DNA of 64,000 bases, from assembly GCF_006345805.1 (NCBI RefSeq), contig NC_042999.1, forward strand, positions 99,076,001-99,140,000, read 5' to 3'. Both the position numbers and the translations under genes were made by a program. Origin of the DNA: Octopus sinensis. Taxonomy: Eukaryota. This document shows, one piece after another, positions 12,081-25,765 of this stretch. Numbering within the stretch: position 1 is the first letter of the stretch; each line of letters opens with the position of its first letter. The notes below the pieces were generated by a model, which saw nothing but the letters and a program-made list of their open reading frames with translations, did no database searches and was not told where the DNA came from.

Positions 12081-13187
12081 CTATTAGTAACAAGTTCATA
12101 GTTGCATGGAAACATTAAGAAAAATATTAACCATGCTCATCTTGATAGTCCAGGAGGATATGCAATGACTATAGATATAGGTCCATTCTAAAAAGAAAAA
12201 AAATGGTATAATTATGTGCCTTCCCATAAGTTTTAATATGCATTACTAAGTTTGTTCAATGTATTTTCTTGGTTTGTTAAGTGTATTGTTCAATACAGGT
12301 CACCAGTGACACCTTAATATTTCACATTCAAAAAATCTGACAAATTTATATTACAAATCATAAATATGGTTCTGATACTATTTATTAAAAAAAAACAGTC
12401 AATTATTCTTCAAATTCACTGAAAAAAGAAACAAAATATAAATCTTGTTACTCTATAGTTTAAAATATTAGTTATGTGATAATACTAAATCTAAAGTTGT
12501 AACCTATAATTTTTAATTGAATATTTCTCTTATTATTATCTTAAATATTGTTTGAAGAAATAGTAAACCAGTTTCTTTACCCTTTGTATGTTGTCTATTG
12601 CTTTGAGATTATTGAGAGAATTCTAACCTTGACTAATTAATCTGCAATAACTTTTCTTATACATTATCTTTAATAATTAATAATTAACACTAACTCAGAA
12701 TTTTGAACTAATAAAGACTAACTACTTATTGTGTACTATACTATGAGGGAAAATAAAATCAGACCTAAATCACTTTTCTATCTTCGACTGGTTCTTAAAA
12801 TATCTTATATCACTTCATGCATGAAATCTTAGCAGTTAATTTATAACTTCTTATCTATTTTATTCTACTAATTTGGGTTCTGTTAAAATGTCTCCATCTA
12901 TTTTCTTATTTACTAGTCTGATTTTGACTGCTCATCATTTCTGTCTTCAGTATTAATTCTAATGAGACTTTATCTCTCAAGGAATGAAATGACAAGAAAT
13001 GGCTACACCATCCCATGAATAATGTTAAGTTGTCTCTGACATTCTTTGGTACCTTATCAGCTTACCACTACTAACATTTACTACTAACAAGTAGTTTGCT
13101 TTGAAACAACATTTGGCTCTACTCTGTTTCTCTGCTTCAAGAGATATTAACATCAGTATTCAAGATGAATATATATTTTTCTTATAG

Positions 13188-13277
13188 CACAATTATGCTG
13201 TACCAGGTGGCCGTCTTAGTCCAAGTGTGTCAGAAGCTGACTTACACAGTCCATCTACAGATTCCACTAAATCAGAG
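13188..13277 (+). CDS. RGS7: Probable RGS linker exon (HNYAVPGGRLSPSVSEADLHSPSTDSTKSE)
   Basis: atatttttcttatag|CAC...TCAGAG|gtaagc; 90 nt, phase 0-0, open frame, GC-richer than flanks. Ser/Pro-rich like the DHEX-GGL linker of R7 proteins. Confidence 0.72.
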
Positions 13278-16200
13278 GTAAGCCTCATAAATTAGAACTT
13301 GACTTACACCAGAAAATGTTTCACTATTCAATATCATCATTTCTTTCAATTAGACACAAGGCAGATTTCATAGACAGAGAGACAAAAGCTACAAATAATG
13401 AACTTAATGCCAGTACACCAGTATATTACTATAACTTACTAGTGTTAAAGAATGATGAAAAGCAAAACAAGCCCAGATAAGATTAAAGATCATAAATCTA
13501 AGGCAACAATCTACATGTTGTATAGCGTGTGATTGGCTCTCAAAACATTTGTGCTATCTTCTTCACCCTGTTATTCAATATAACAGTAAATTGTCATTGA
13601 CACTTTCTTACAAATATGCTACAAAATATATATGGTTTACATAAGAGTTGAATATTGCTTAGTTGTAAGTGGTAACTTTTGAAGAAGATTCTAATTTTAA
13701 TTTACAAACATTATGTAATTATTATTTGGTTTACTTGATGTAATCTAGAATTAAGAATAGAATTTGTTAAACAGAAAAGTAAACATCAGTACTATAAGTA
13801 GTGATAGGCTGTCCCAGTAATTATCATGACTTAAACAAATACTGCTAACAATGTATCAAAAAATTTATTGGTTATGTTCTACTAGCAAATACATCAACCT
13901 TTAATATTCAGTGGAAATGACATGTCAGTGAAACAAAATAAGTTAGGGAAAGGACTTAGAGAAACCAACAAATAGGGGATTAAAGGCAAGTATGCTAAAG
14001 AAATAATATTCAGGAAGAATGACTTTCCCATTTAAAATTGCTCTACTTTTCAATATTGGCTGAAATAGCTTCTAAGGAGTGAATTAAGTCCTTGAATTTT
14101 TTATATTCAAAATTTTCTACATGTGTAGAAACCTATACACACACATATACAAGTGTGTGTGTGTATTACTGTATACATATATAAACACATTTATTTGCTA
14201 ATATTGTTCTAGTGCATGACATGAATACAACTATTTGTTTAGAAATACATATGCTCTATTTCATACCAATACATACATTTGGAAAATTTATTTGTATTAC
14301 CATATAGATAATCATATGGGGCAGATGTACAGACTATAAGAGTCAAAGAGGACTGATAATAATTAATTAACATGACAACATGACAGTAACAATTCATTTA
14401 ATTCATCCTTATTATACTGTTATATCATCGTCATCATTATCATTTAGCATCCATTATACCTGCATGGGTGGGACAGTTTGACCAAGCTGGTAAACTAGAA
14501 GGCTGCACCAGACCCCAGTCTGATTATATATATATACATACATACACACATACTAGCTTTTGTAAATATGTTGAGGTGCACAGCTGGTGATACAACAGCT
14601 ATCAGCTATCGACCAAGGTGTGTAATGAATTATCAGTAGTTCATACATATATATATATAAGCTTTCAGTAAAACTTCTTGATACTGTAACAATATTAGAA
14701 TTAAAATTCTCTTAAATCAAAATTTTTAATATCTTTAAAATCTTTAAAAACAGATTGACACAGACCTTACGGAAGGACGTTTTTGTATTAAGCACTTTTT
14801 CTGTTCTCACCTTCTCAAACACATGTGTTATAAGGTAATTCACATAGAAGTAGTTGTTTTAGCCGTAATGTTTGACTGTTTCTGGTTTAGTTTTGGATTT
14901 AGAATTTTTATAAAGTATTCTTCTTTTCAGGAATGCACCATTTCTGTCATGTGGAGGTAGCTGTATATAACATTTTATCTTTATCCTTAATTTCCACAAA
15001 TGCACATGCAAATATACACACACAAACATTCTCTACCACACACACACACACACCAATTTGTTGCTGTTACAGATTTGATAATGATTTTCCTGGTGTTCTT
15101 GGATATTTTGGATGTGAGTATTTTATGATAGATTTGGAATTGAATGTAAATCCTAGAATATTTAACTTCCTTTTGTGTCAGTATCAGTTTGTTGTTTGTG
15201 TGAAGTGGTAATTTCTGTTGGGTATTGTGCAAGGTCTTGAAAAATTTTGTGATTTTGATTCTGTTTTGATGTCTAAGTTATTCACAAATCCTAGAACATA
15301 AGCAATAAAAATATTACATACAATATTGGATAAATCCAGGAACAAGGTGATGCTATGAACTTTGTAAGTTCTAATCGACATACAATCACAGAAGATCCTA
15401 TATTTCCATATAATTTTGTATGTAGAGCACCTGGTGTTTTAAAATTCTTTTCATAAAAGTATTAGAAATTTAATACTAGCACCTTTCACAAATTTTATAT
15501 ATCATCTCGATTCTTTTTCTGTTCCTTTCCCAGAGCAGCCATCTTCAGTGACCTAAAATCAGCATAGAGTGGTCTTCAGCATCTTGATGTTATATCAACT
15601 ACAAATATATAGACACATGTATCATAGCTGTGTGCTTTAGAACTTTGATTTCCAACCACTCCAGTGCCGTTGCATGTTACTTTAGGCAAGTGTTTTCTAT
15701 AATACTAAGCTAAATAAAGCCTTGGGAGTGAACTTCGTATATAGGAACTAAAAAAAGCTCATTATGTATATGTGTATGCATATATATATATATGTATGTG
15801 TGTGTATGTATACAAGTGTTTCTGCACGTTTGTTTACATTTGCACTTCTTCAGAAATTGTGAGGTGCAAGCAATGGTGCCGTTGTTGTTTCTCTTGCCAT
15901 CACATCCTCCACTAGATTTACACATTCAAATATATGTGAAGTAAGAGATCCTTTACTAGCGAAACAAGTGAAGATTATCGTCAGGAAGGGCATCTTGTCC
16001 TAAATAAAACTCTGCAATAATTATTTTCTTAGTCCATGCTGGTATCAAAAAACAGAAGTAAAGTCAAACAGATAAACTACTAAAGAAAGATAAGATACTG
16101 TATGAAGTCTAACCATAATGTGATACAGTACAATACACTGAACTGGAAGTGGTTATGTTATGGACTAACAAAAACAAACTAACAAATCTATTCTCTGATT

Positions 16201-16656
16201 ATTTCTTTTCTTTTTTTCTTTGTTTTTACTTACTCTGTTGCTTTTTCCTGATCACACATAATTATAACCAGTTAACCTTTTGATATTCCTTACAAAAGAT
16301 ATATTAATGTTAACATTAACTTAAATAATGTTTTTCATCATGATGGTGTCTTTGGGTAATTTATTCTCTAATTCTAGTTTCCTTTGCAAAACAGTGTATA
16401 ATATTGTACAATCTACCAATGTAGTTTGTGAGGGATGTTTCTTCATTTGTATGTGTCTTGTGTATGATTTTGGCTTTGTTGGTCATCTTGTATCTTCATA
16501 AAGAGTGAATATCAGTTGTATTAAAAGCTTTTAGTTTGTTAATATTTATTCTAAGAGGTTGTTTTTGAGAAGATTGTACTTTGAGTTAAGCAAACTTTTT
16601 CAAAGACTCAGTGTTGTGAAATACTGCTTGTTACAACTGAACACATTGATTTAGAC

Positions 16657-16942
16657 CAGTAGTTCTCAGCTGGGGGTCCATATGGCCTTTGGTAGGGGGT
16701 GCCATATAAGTTTCATTGTTAACATTTATCTCCAATAAATTGGTCATACTTTTACAATACACAAAATATTTTAATAATTATATTTATACACAAATGTGGC
16801 TGTGTGGTAAGAAGCTTGCTTCCCAACCAAATGGCTCCAGGTTCAGTCCCACTGCGTAGCACCTTGGGTGAGTGTCTTCTACTGTAGCCTCAGGCCAACC
16901 ATTGGTAGATGGAAGCTGAAAGAATCCCATTGTATATGTGTG

Positions 16943-17005
<63 letters not shown>

Positions 17006-18326
17006 ATTGCATCTTTCTCTCCCTCACATTTCCCCTTCATAAATTATGATTGTTTTCCAATCTTCTTTCTTGATCCTCACTGCCCTGCTTGCTGAATTGC
17101 TGCTCCCAACATCCACATCCACACCCTATTTTTCTACTTGGGTTCTACACCTATATACTTGTTACTTGTGATTATACCCTCACACTACACCATCTCTCTT
17201 CTGCTCACTCTTCCACGTTTGCTGTTTCCTAGTCTCTCTCTTTTGCCTTTAGTCACTCCCTCTTTCTCTCCTTTTGTTTTTTTCTCTGACTAGGTAATTA
17301 AGTATCTCCTTTACATCAGCACACTTGTTTCTGGCCTCTTTCTTGTACCTCTCTCTCACTCTCTATCTCTTTTCCCTTTATCTCTCCCTCTCTATCTCTC
17401 TTTCTCTCTCACTGATTAACCATGTACCCCCTCTATAACAAGACACCTATTTCTGTCTTGCTATTTCTCTGTTACACTCTAACCTTTCATCATCTGATAT
17501 TGGATCACCTCTTGTAATGCCTCCTCCATTGTGGCTAGATACCTGCTTCCGTCTCTCTGTCTCTTTGTCACATTCTAACCTTTCATCTTCTGACACAAGT
17601 TCCCCTCCTCAAATGCCCTGCCCTTCTCATAGTTCCTTGTCTTGCGACTGACTTGGTTACCCTGCCAGTGCTGGTGCCACATTAAGAGCATCTAGTTCAC
17701 ACTGTCACGTGGTTGGCATTTGGAAGGGCATCCAGCTGTAAAAATTATGCTGAAACTAACCTCGCCTGTACTAGTGCCATGTAAAAAGCAATGAATCCAC
17801 TCTGCAGAGTGGTTGGTGTTAGGAAGGGCATCCAGCCATAAAATCTTAGGGTAGTTTTACAACCGGACCGGCTCCTGTCAACCAGCCTACCCTTGCATGT
17901 ATAGAAGATGAATGTTAAACGATGATAATGATGATGATGATATGTATATATCTATGTGTGTGTGTGTCTTTGTGCCTGTTTATCCCCCCCCATCACAGCT
18001 TGACAAGTGGTGTTGGTGTGTTTACGCCCCCATAACTTAGCAATTTGGCAAAAGAGACTGATAGAATAAGTACTAAGTTTAACAAAAAATAAGTCCTGGG
18101 CTTGATTCGTTGGACTAAAATCCTTCAAGGTAGTACTCCAGCATGGCCGCGGTCAAATGATTGATATAAGTAAATGAATAAAAGAATAAGAGAATTCCTA
18201 ATAATATTTAATTATCAAAATATTATAGGATTTTTTTTTTTTAGCATCAAATGGCTAGGTTTCACTCAAGAAAAATTGGAATCAATGGAGTCCATTGGTA
18301 AAATCTAGATCAGTTGAGGAAGACTG
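16657..18326. mobile_element. hAT-like MITE split by an ~1.4-kb nest of SINEs (about 16795-18190)
   Basis: Terminal inverted repeats cagtagttctcagctg / cagttgaggaagactg match 12 of 16; 8-bp flanks atttagac / atgtagat match 6 of 8; SINE head, (CAT)n-tailed SINE and SINE tail lie inside. Confidence 0.5.
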
Positions 18327-19585
18327 ATGTAGATTTTGCAAATTTACTGTGGAAGTATGCTAATTCTTTGATTTTACAGTTACTTTTAATTTGATATCTT
18401 AAAGATAAAATTTCAAACTATATGAAGGTTAATTTACCTTTACACCAACCTAGATTCTTTAAAACTGAATGCTGTGAAACTTTATAAACTGCTTATTACT
18501 TTACAAAGTAATTTGCAGTTTGAACTGTTAAAAATTGTCTTTGGAATGAAGCTATTTTAAATACAAAAAAGTTTAGCATTGGAATTGCTAATATAGTTAT
18601 TACTGATAGCATATTCTAAGTGGTAACATAGCCGACAAGGAGTGTGTCAAGTTTCTGGTTTCTCACTCAAATGCTTGGCATAAATACAAGCAGATAGTTG
18701 ACCCAGTTTTGACAAGATTTATGACCCCTCAACCATCTGCTAGCATACATTGTTTTCTTCAAAAATCTATTTTAAAACAGATGGTCTGTTCTTTAGCATC
18801 TTTTACTTTATGACAATCTAATCAATAATCTTTCTGATTTTAGACCTATATTTTGAGCATTTAATTCTAATAAGGCATAAAAATGTTTTCATATAGGAAA
18901 ATATCATCATCATCATCATCCAAAATGTTTATGCTGACTTAGGTTAAATGAGTTTCACAGCATCCTGACATTGTCTGCATCATCTGTTACACATGGAAAC
19001 ATAGATCCTAACTAAATTTATTGTTGTATGTTTAATAATGCAGCTGTTTGTGTTTTCTCACACCAGCCAACACAAGAGAGATTATCTGCAGCTCAACTAA
19101 AAATATTTTTTTCTATTATGTATCTATTCTTGGTTTTTGGTTACTTACATAGGTACTCTGTCATGTGACATGTGGACTTCATTTCTTATTCACACACTTC
19201 ATATTTACATAAACTGATACTGTATGGGTCTTTGGAAATCAGCTGCATTCTCATACAAGCTCAGTTAACTTGACTTATCTTGTCACTGAGAAGAGAGAGT
19301 GAGTCTGAGGTGCTTGCCATATGGCTGAAGTCACCTCCATTGATCACTAATAGTCAAACATGATAACATTAAACATCTTATTTATGTTTCCTTATTGTTT
19401 TATCAATTCCTTTCATTTTTGTTCCATTTGATGAATGAACTTTAATTTACACTCACACACAAGTGTTAAACTGAGGTTATTATTTTAAAGCAAGTTTAAG
19501 AAAAATAACAGAACATTTACTGATGGAAGATTCTGTATTGAAAATTGAGTCAAATTTATTGCAGTGTTTGGGTAGACTGGGGCAT

Positions 19586-19628
<43 letters not shown>

Positions 19629-21691
19629 ATATATATGTCACTCGCACACACACACACACATAAACTATGTATATTTTGAGAGAGAGAGAGAGAGAACAAT
19701 AGGTGTTTCAGAGTAAGAGAAAGTAGAGAATATGTAATTCTCAGGATCAGAATATTAAGTTTAAAAAATTTTAGGCACACTACATTTTTGAAAATATAGA
19801 TTATTCTTTTAACAGATATATACATCGAAGGTGGTTTATATCAACGTAGAAAAATCAATATTAATTTATGCGATGTTTCCAATGAAAAGGCTTTGCCCAT
19901 AGCTTATGGTGGCTTTCCTTAAACAGAGACTTCAAATATGATTGCAGCAAATAAGGTTTTGTTTGAACATTAAATGTTAGTAATTGGAAGCAAGATATAG
20001 AGAGAATTGGCTAAGAGGAAATTTTGTTTGATGTTGGATTAGGTATAAACATGGCGTTATATGAAGAGGTAGAAACAGAAGTGCAGTATTTAGTTTTGAG
20101 TGATGTTGGATAGAGCCAACAGATGGTGAGGAGCAGAAAATGTGTAAATAGTGGAAAAGGTAAAGAAAAGATTAATATTTTAACTGATCAAACAATTAGG
20201 ATGTGAGTGAAGTTTATCAATCAATTCATGGATTTAGTGAAGGTGCTTGTGAACTGATGACAATGGTAATGAAATATCCCACCAAACTAATTATTTCCTT
20301 TGATCACAAACTAATTCACATTTCATAAATCATCTTCACTCCATTACTGATACTTATGATATTGAATTCCAAATAAAAAGGTCAAGCAAAGAAGAATTTT
20401 GACTCAGAAGGAGACATCAATCTGTTTCTATAATGCTTGTAGCTAATTCTCTTAAATAATATTTCAACTTCATTTTTGTCTGTTTCATGTCTATTTTCTG
20501 TATCATTTATTTATATTATCCATGATGTAATTTCAGGTGCCTTGCTTTACAAATGTAAAATATATCAGCCATATTATTTTGTAGATCTAAAAAGAAATAA
20601 TAATAAAGCCACCAAACTATTGCCAACATGAATTGATATTAGTTCTACTGGTTAGGAACTACCAAGTAATATAATGAAGTAATCATGACAAAAAATATTA
20701 TGTATCCTCCTTCTTGAAACAGAAACTCATTCCATGTCCATTTTAATAGCTATTTTTTCACTTACTTTATACCTTTACATTCCCAGACACTTAGACAAAC
20801 CTTCTAATCCATACAGCTTTTGGAAAAACAGATGTTAACACATCAAAGTGACTACTAATAACAGTGATAATGATTTTTCTTTCAGAATATTTTCATTATA
20901 TGAAATATTTTTTCTTACAAATGTTTATTGTGAAAGCTAATTTCCTTGTCAATATATTGATTCTAAACAGATTTTGTGCACTCAGTCAACAAACCTATGT
21001 AACATGCTTTCCACTGTACTACTAATTCATTTCGAACTGAATTTAGACAAGCCATTTGTTATCATTTTTGTCTTGTTTTTTCCTTTCTTTTTAAATGCAT
21101 TTGATGTTGACATTGGTTTCACTTGATGTTTGTAGTGGCACAGAATATATTTTGATACAGAAATTCTACAGTGACTGAATATATGTTTGGAAAAGTCCAA
21201 AGTAACAATTAATGTTACGTTACCAATTCTATATGAGAATGTATTTGTTTAGCTTTCCTTTCTAAAATATAACATTAACTTGAGAAATTGACTGATTGCC
21301 TCAAATATTATATTTCTATTGCTAAACTGGCTAACTGAAACAGAAGGTATTGCTTGGGTATCACTAAACCTAAAATCAATGATTTCTTCACAACATTTTT
21401 GCTTCTGATTTCTGTTCTTCTCTCAATGTTTTGTGAATCTTTCCACATCTTCAAAACTTTTGTTCCTTAGCTAATACTTGCATTTCAGCTTATTTTCCAT
21501 AGTCCGTAATTGTCATTATCATTATAATAATGATCAACCTTGTTGTTGACACTGGTGCTCTCTTCATTATTACTATCCTCATCATCACCACCACCACCTT
21601 TGCTACCACTGCCATCACCACCACTACCACCATCATCATATCATCATTAACATTATGTTAATACTTAAATTTGCAATGTGGTTGTGTCTAG

Positions 21692-21715
21692 ATCATAAAT
21701 ACAAACACACAAATG
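21692..21715 (+). CDS. Candidate 24-nt microexon (IINTNTQM)
   Basis: ttgtgtctag|ATCATAAATACAAACACACAAATG|gtaagt; consensus donor, phase 0-0, weak pyrimidine tract. Confidence 0.25.
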
Positions 21716-24700
21716 GTAAGTTCTCTTTTGTTTCAAGTCATAACTTCAGAATATATATACTCAAAAATTCTTAAAAGTATTTCCCACCTTGAGATCTAGA
21801 ACTCATCAACTGCATAGAGTTTAGATATTCTTTTCATAAATTTGACTTGATCTTTACAAATTAGCATATCCAACAAATATATATAATGAACATAATTAAC
21901 CCCAACCCCAAAGAAAAGTAAATAAAATAACGAAAAAAAATTAGTAGCAAAGTCAGTTACTGACTTATTTTCATTTTGGGATGGATGAGAAGGGAAATAG
22001 GGGAGAAAACTTCAAACCTGCTTTGGTGTTATTTTAACCTCATCAGCAAAGCCTTGCTGAAACAGTAAAGAAAGAAACACTAAGTAAATTGGCTGATGAA
22101 GGAAAATAGAATTCTTTAAATATACTAATACCAAATTAACTATTGTTTTTCTAGCAGATGGATCAAATAATTACAAGAAGTTTTGCTAACATTCTTATTA
22201 TTTCACTATTGTAAGAGATTAGGTCAACTATTTATTTAACCATTTATTTAAAAGGTTCAGTTGAAAATCTAAAAGTGTCAGTTGAAAATCAGACAGTCAA
22301 TGTAATTATTAAGTTTGAAAAAATATGCATGGCACTCATAACATTAATTGGTCTTGTAAAACTGGGATGGTAGATATAACAGATGGTCTACACAAAAATA
22401 TGGATGCTGAATCTCCATAACAAAAATGTAAGGATAAAAAGAGTCCTACAGAACTGTGGTTTGGGGGAGAAAGATTTGAGTGAAGTGTTTTGAAGAAGGT
22501 ACTGATGCTGTTTAAAGTGAGATCAACCTTGATTCAAATTATGTATTACTAAAGGTATTTCAGCTGTGTGAATATGCATAGTCTGGTAGTTAGAATATTT
22601 AGCGCATAATTTTAAGGTCTTAGGATCAATTCCTTGAGCAGAAAGCAGATTGTGTTCTTGAACAAAGCTATTTAATTTACTGCATGTACGCACACACAGA
22701 CTCACACACACTCTGTGACTCTAAGTGTGTTTGTGTGTGTGAGTGCATGCCTATGCGTGTACATTGGTAGATTGGAGGGTTTCATTTATTTACAACTTGA
22801 TTTCTTAATTTCACTAGAGTATAAATACCTATAATGGTGACACTTATAAAAAAAAATGAATTCAGTTCAATTAAAAAGCATGGGTAAGTAACGCATTTTA
22901 AGCCACACTATAATTTGTGAAAAAATGTATCTGCGCACAGGATATGCATCACCCTTTCCATGCCCTTTTTTTCATTATTATTGATTTGACTCAGGTTCAT
23001 TCTTATTCCTGGTAGATTTTATATTGGTAGCAGGTTACTACCTATAACCTTAGGTATACAAAATCTTTCACTAGTCTTTCAAGTGCTGAAAACCCTCCTG
23101 ACAATACTTCCTGTGCCTAAGAGGCAAACTTTCTTTAGAAGCTCTACAGGACATTCTATTCCAATCTCTGTCAACCATTTTTCTATATCTTTAGTCTCAG
23201 TTCTCAGTGCAATAATTATTACAGACACAACTGTTACAATTTTCGTTCTCCAAATTCTTGCAATTTCAAAATTTTAAGGAATTGTATTATTATTTTAAGG
23301 GATTATATCATATTTATTATTATTAATATTACATTCACACATCCATTACAAATAGATGCAAAGCACTCATACATAGAAATCAATTGGAGTGACACACCTC
23401 CTCTTCATCACCATCATAATCATCATCATCATCATCATCATCATTATTGAGATCAGTCATTAATTTAATATTATCAGTTAGTTTACCTGATTATGGAACT
23501 TTGATATAGTTACTGTGTCTAGAATTCTGTTACTAGAATTCAAAACTAAATATTCCTATAATCTTTCCCTCCTATCTTAAGCAACAGCAATGAATAACAA
23601 CACTTAAAACTATGGCAAGTAATAATATAAAAATAAGCGTCACCATAATAATTTAACATCAATACTGAAACAGTTGTGTGTGAATCTGTGTGTGTGTATG
23701 AGTAAAAACAGTGTCATTAATAACATTGTACAAGAAATCAATGATGACAATAGATTTATATATAAATGGTGGGGCTAGGGTAACCCCCAAAATTTCCTTC
23801 ATTTATTTAAAATTATTTGTATTTGAAATGTTATCATAATAGTTGATATTCTTTCATTGAATAATTTCAATTACTGTACCTCATGATGAAGTCTTGATAT
23901 ACTTATCCAAACTACTAGAGACTGCAACTAATTCATCCTCCTCTTTTAAATGACAATGAATAACAGCCACAAAGTATTTTAAACCTCCTCATACAGTCAT
24001 ACTCCCTCATTTCCAATTAATAATAACACAATAATAACTCACTAACGATTCCACTTACACAGTAACACTAAAAGTAATTCTTAATTGCAAGCAAAATATA
24101 ACACCTTTGTCAAACAATGGCTAGAACAACAATGTGAAAGAGACCAGCAACAATAACAACAGACACAAAGATGCATGTGTGGTATTTTAATGTAGACCAG
24201 AAGTAACAAAGCAGTGAATAGACATCAAGATAGAAACAGGAAGTAGACACCACAGTGAATAAGAGTTTGTTGCTTGATTTTAGTGAAAATGGTTGTTGAT
24301 GAAGTATTAAAAATACACCATAAAAAGTTATATTTTTATGAAAATATATTAAGACTGGAATTACTAAGACTATTCATTTGAATAGGAAGGCTGCTTGGGG
24401 AAAGTTTACAGAGATATAAATACTAATTGCCTCTTATTCCGCTGTAATATAGATAATACTTTGACAATTTTTGACAGAAGTTATATTTTCTAATTTTTTC
24501 AGTTCTTCCTTGCATTATATTATATAATGTATAATGTGTTTAGCTTCTGGCTGTTCCTCTTAGACATACCACCATGTTTATGTAGACATCTGATATTTCA
24601 AAAGTAGGTAAATTCTCAATTTTGGATTTTTGGATATATATTATAGTGATTTTATTGTTTCTATATGCACAAACATACATATTTTAAACTATTGAAATTA

Positions 24701-25526
24701 AACTTAGCTGTAATTGATGAAACTTTTGATCAAAACTTACCTATTGTGACCACCATGTCATTCTTGATTTTTCTTTCTTTCTTGTCAATGGATAATATAG
24801 AGGCTCCATTGTTAACTGATTTTCACTGAGATGTGATGCAATAGAGCTGTAGATTAAAAGTAAAGGTATTGCATTGTGTGAAGTTGAACAGAGATTGTTT
24901 ACAACTTTCTACTTTAGTACTTCACATCACACTTCAAAGGCTATGCATTTGCAGTTCTAGAGCAAGATATTGCTACCTAATGAACAAAAGAGACTGAAAC
25001 TATTTGAGCTCCAAAGTGCAATCAAAAATGTTTTGTCACATTCTCCTGGAAGATATCACATTTGATCCACTGCTGTCCAAAAATATCATCACAATATTAC
25101 TTCCTAGAGTAATATGATGTCAATGAAACAATATACAATCCAATAGAAAAAAAACTGTTCTGGAGTAGAGAAGAGAATTGTTATAGAATACATGCATAAA
25201 CATCATTGGTGGAACATTCCATCAGAACGTCTACTTAGTGCAATCATTATAGACCAGATATAGTCTTTTGGAATATACAAGAAAATGTATGGATTATCAT
25301 AGTGGTCTGCTACCCAGCTGATGTGAATATTTATATGTGAAAATCAAGGAGAAATAAGATATCTATGGACAACTGCTTCAAAACCTTCAACTTTTGTGCC
25401 CAGATTATAAATTTACATTTATCAATAGTAACTAGTGCGTTTCGTTTTGTGAGTAGATGCCTAAGAGACAATTTGGAGAAGCAAAGGTTTTAGGAAAAAA
25501 CAGTCAACTAGGTAACTCACACATTA

Positions 25527-25765
25527 CACGGGGTGTTCAAAAAGTCTGTCGGCAGTAAGTATTTTATTGCAAAATAAATATTTATGAGACAGTATAAGAC
25601 TACAAAAGAATATATTAAACTTTACAAGACGTTAAAAACCTTTATAAGCAATGTTGAAAGGGTCATCCTTCATTTTCAATACTTAAGTCGACTCTTCTAC
25701 ACATGTTTCTAAATACATCTTGGAGAGAAAAATTCACTGTGGAGAGACTTTTTGAACACTCTATA
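25527..25765. mobile_element. Tc1/mariner-type MITE
   Basis: Terminal inverted repeats with a perfect 14-bp core gtgttcaaaaagtc; TA at 25525-25526 and 25766-25767. Confidence 0.7.

Noticed and set aside
20254-20285. CTGATGA...GAAA as a hammerhead
   Set aside because: The base of stem II does not pair and there is no stem I or III.
22089-22134. TTGG-CTGATGA-AGG...CTT-TAAA...ATA-CCAA hammerhead-like geometry
   Set aside because: GAAA is replaced by TAAA and helix III is a single pair; plausible by chance in AT-rich DNA.
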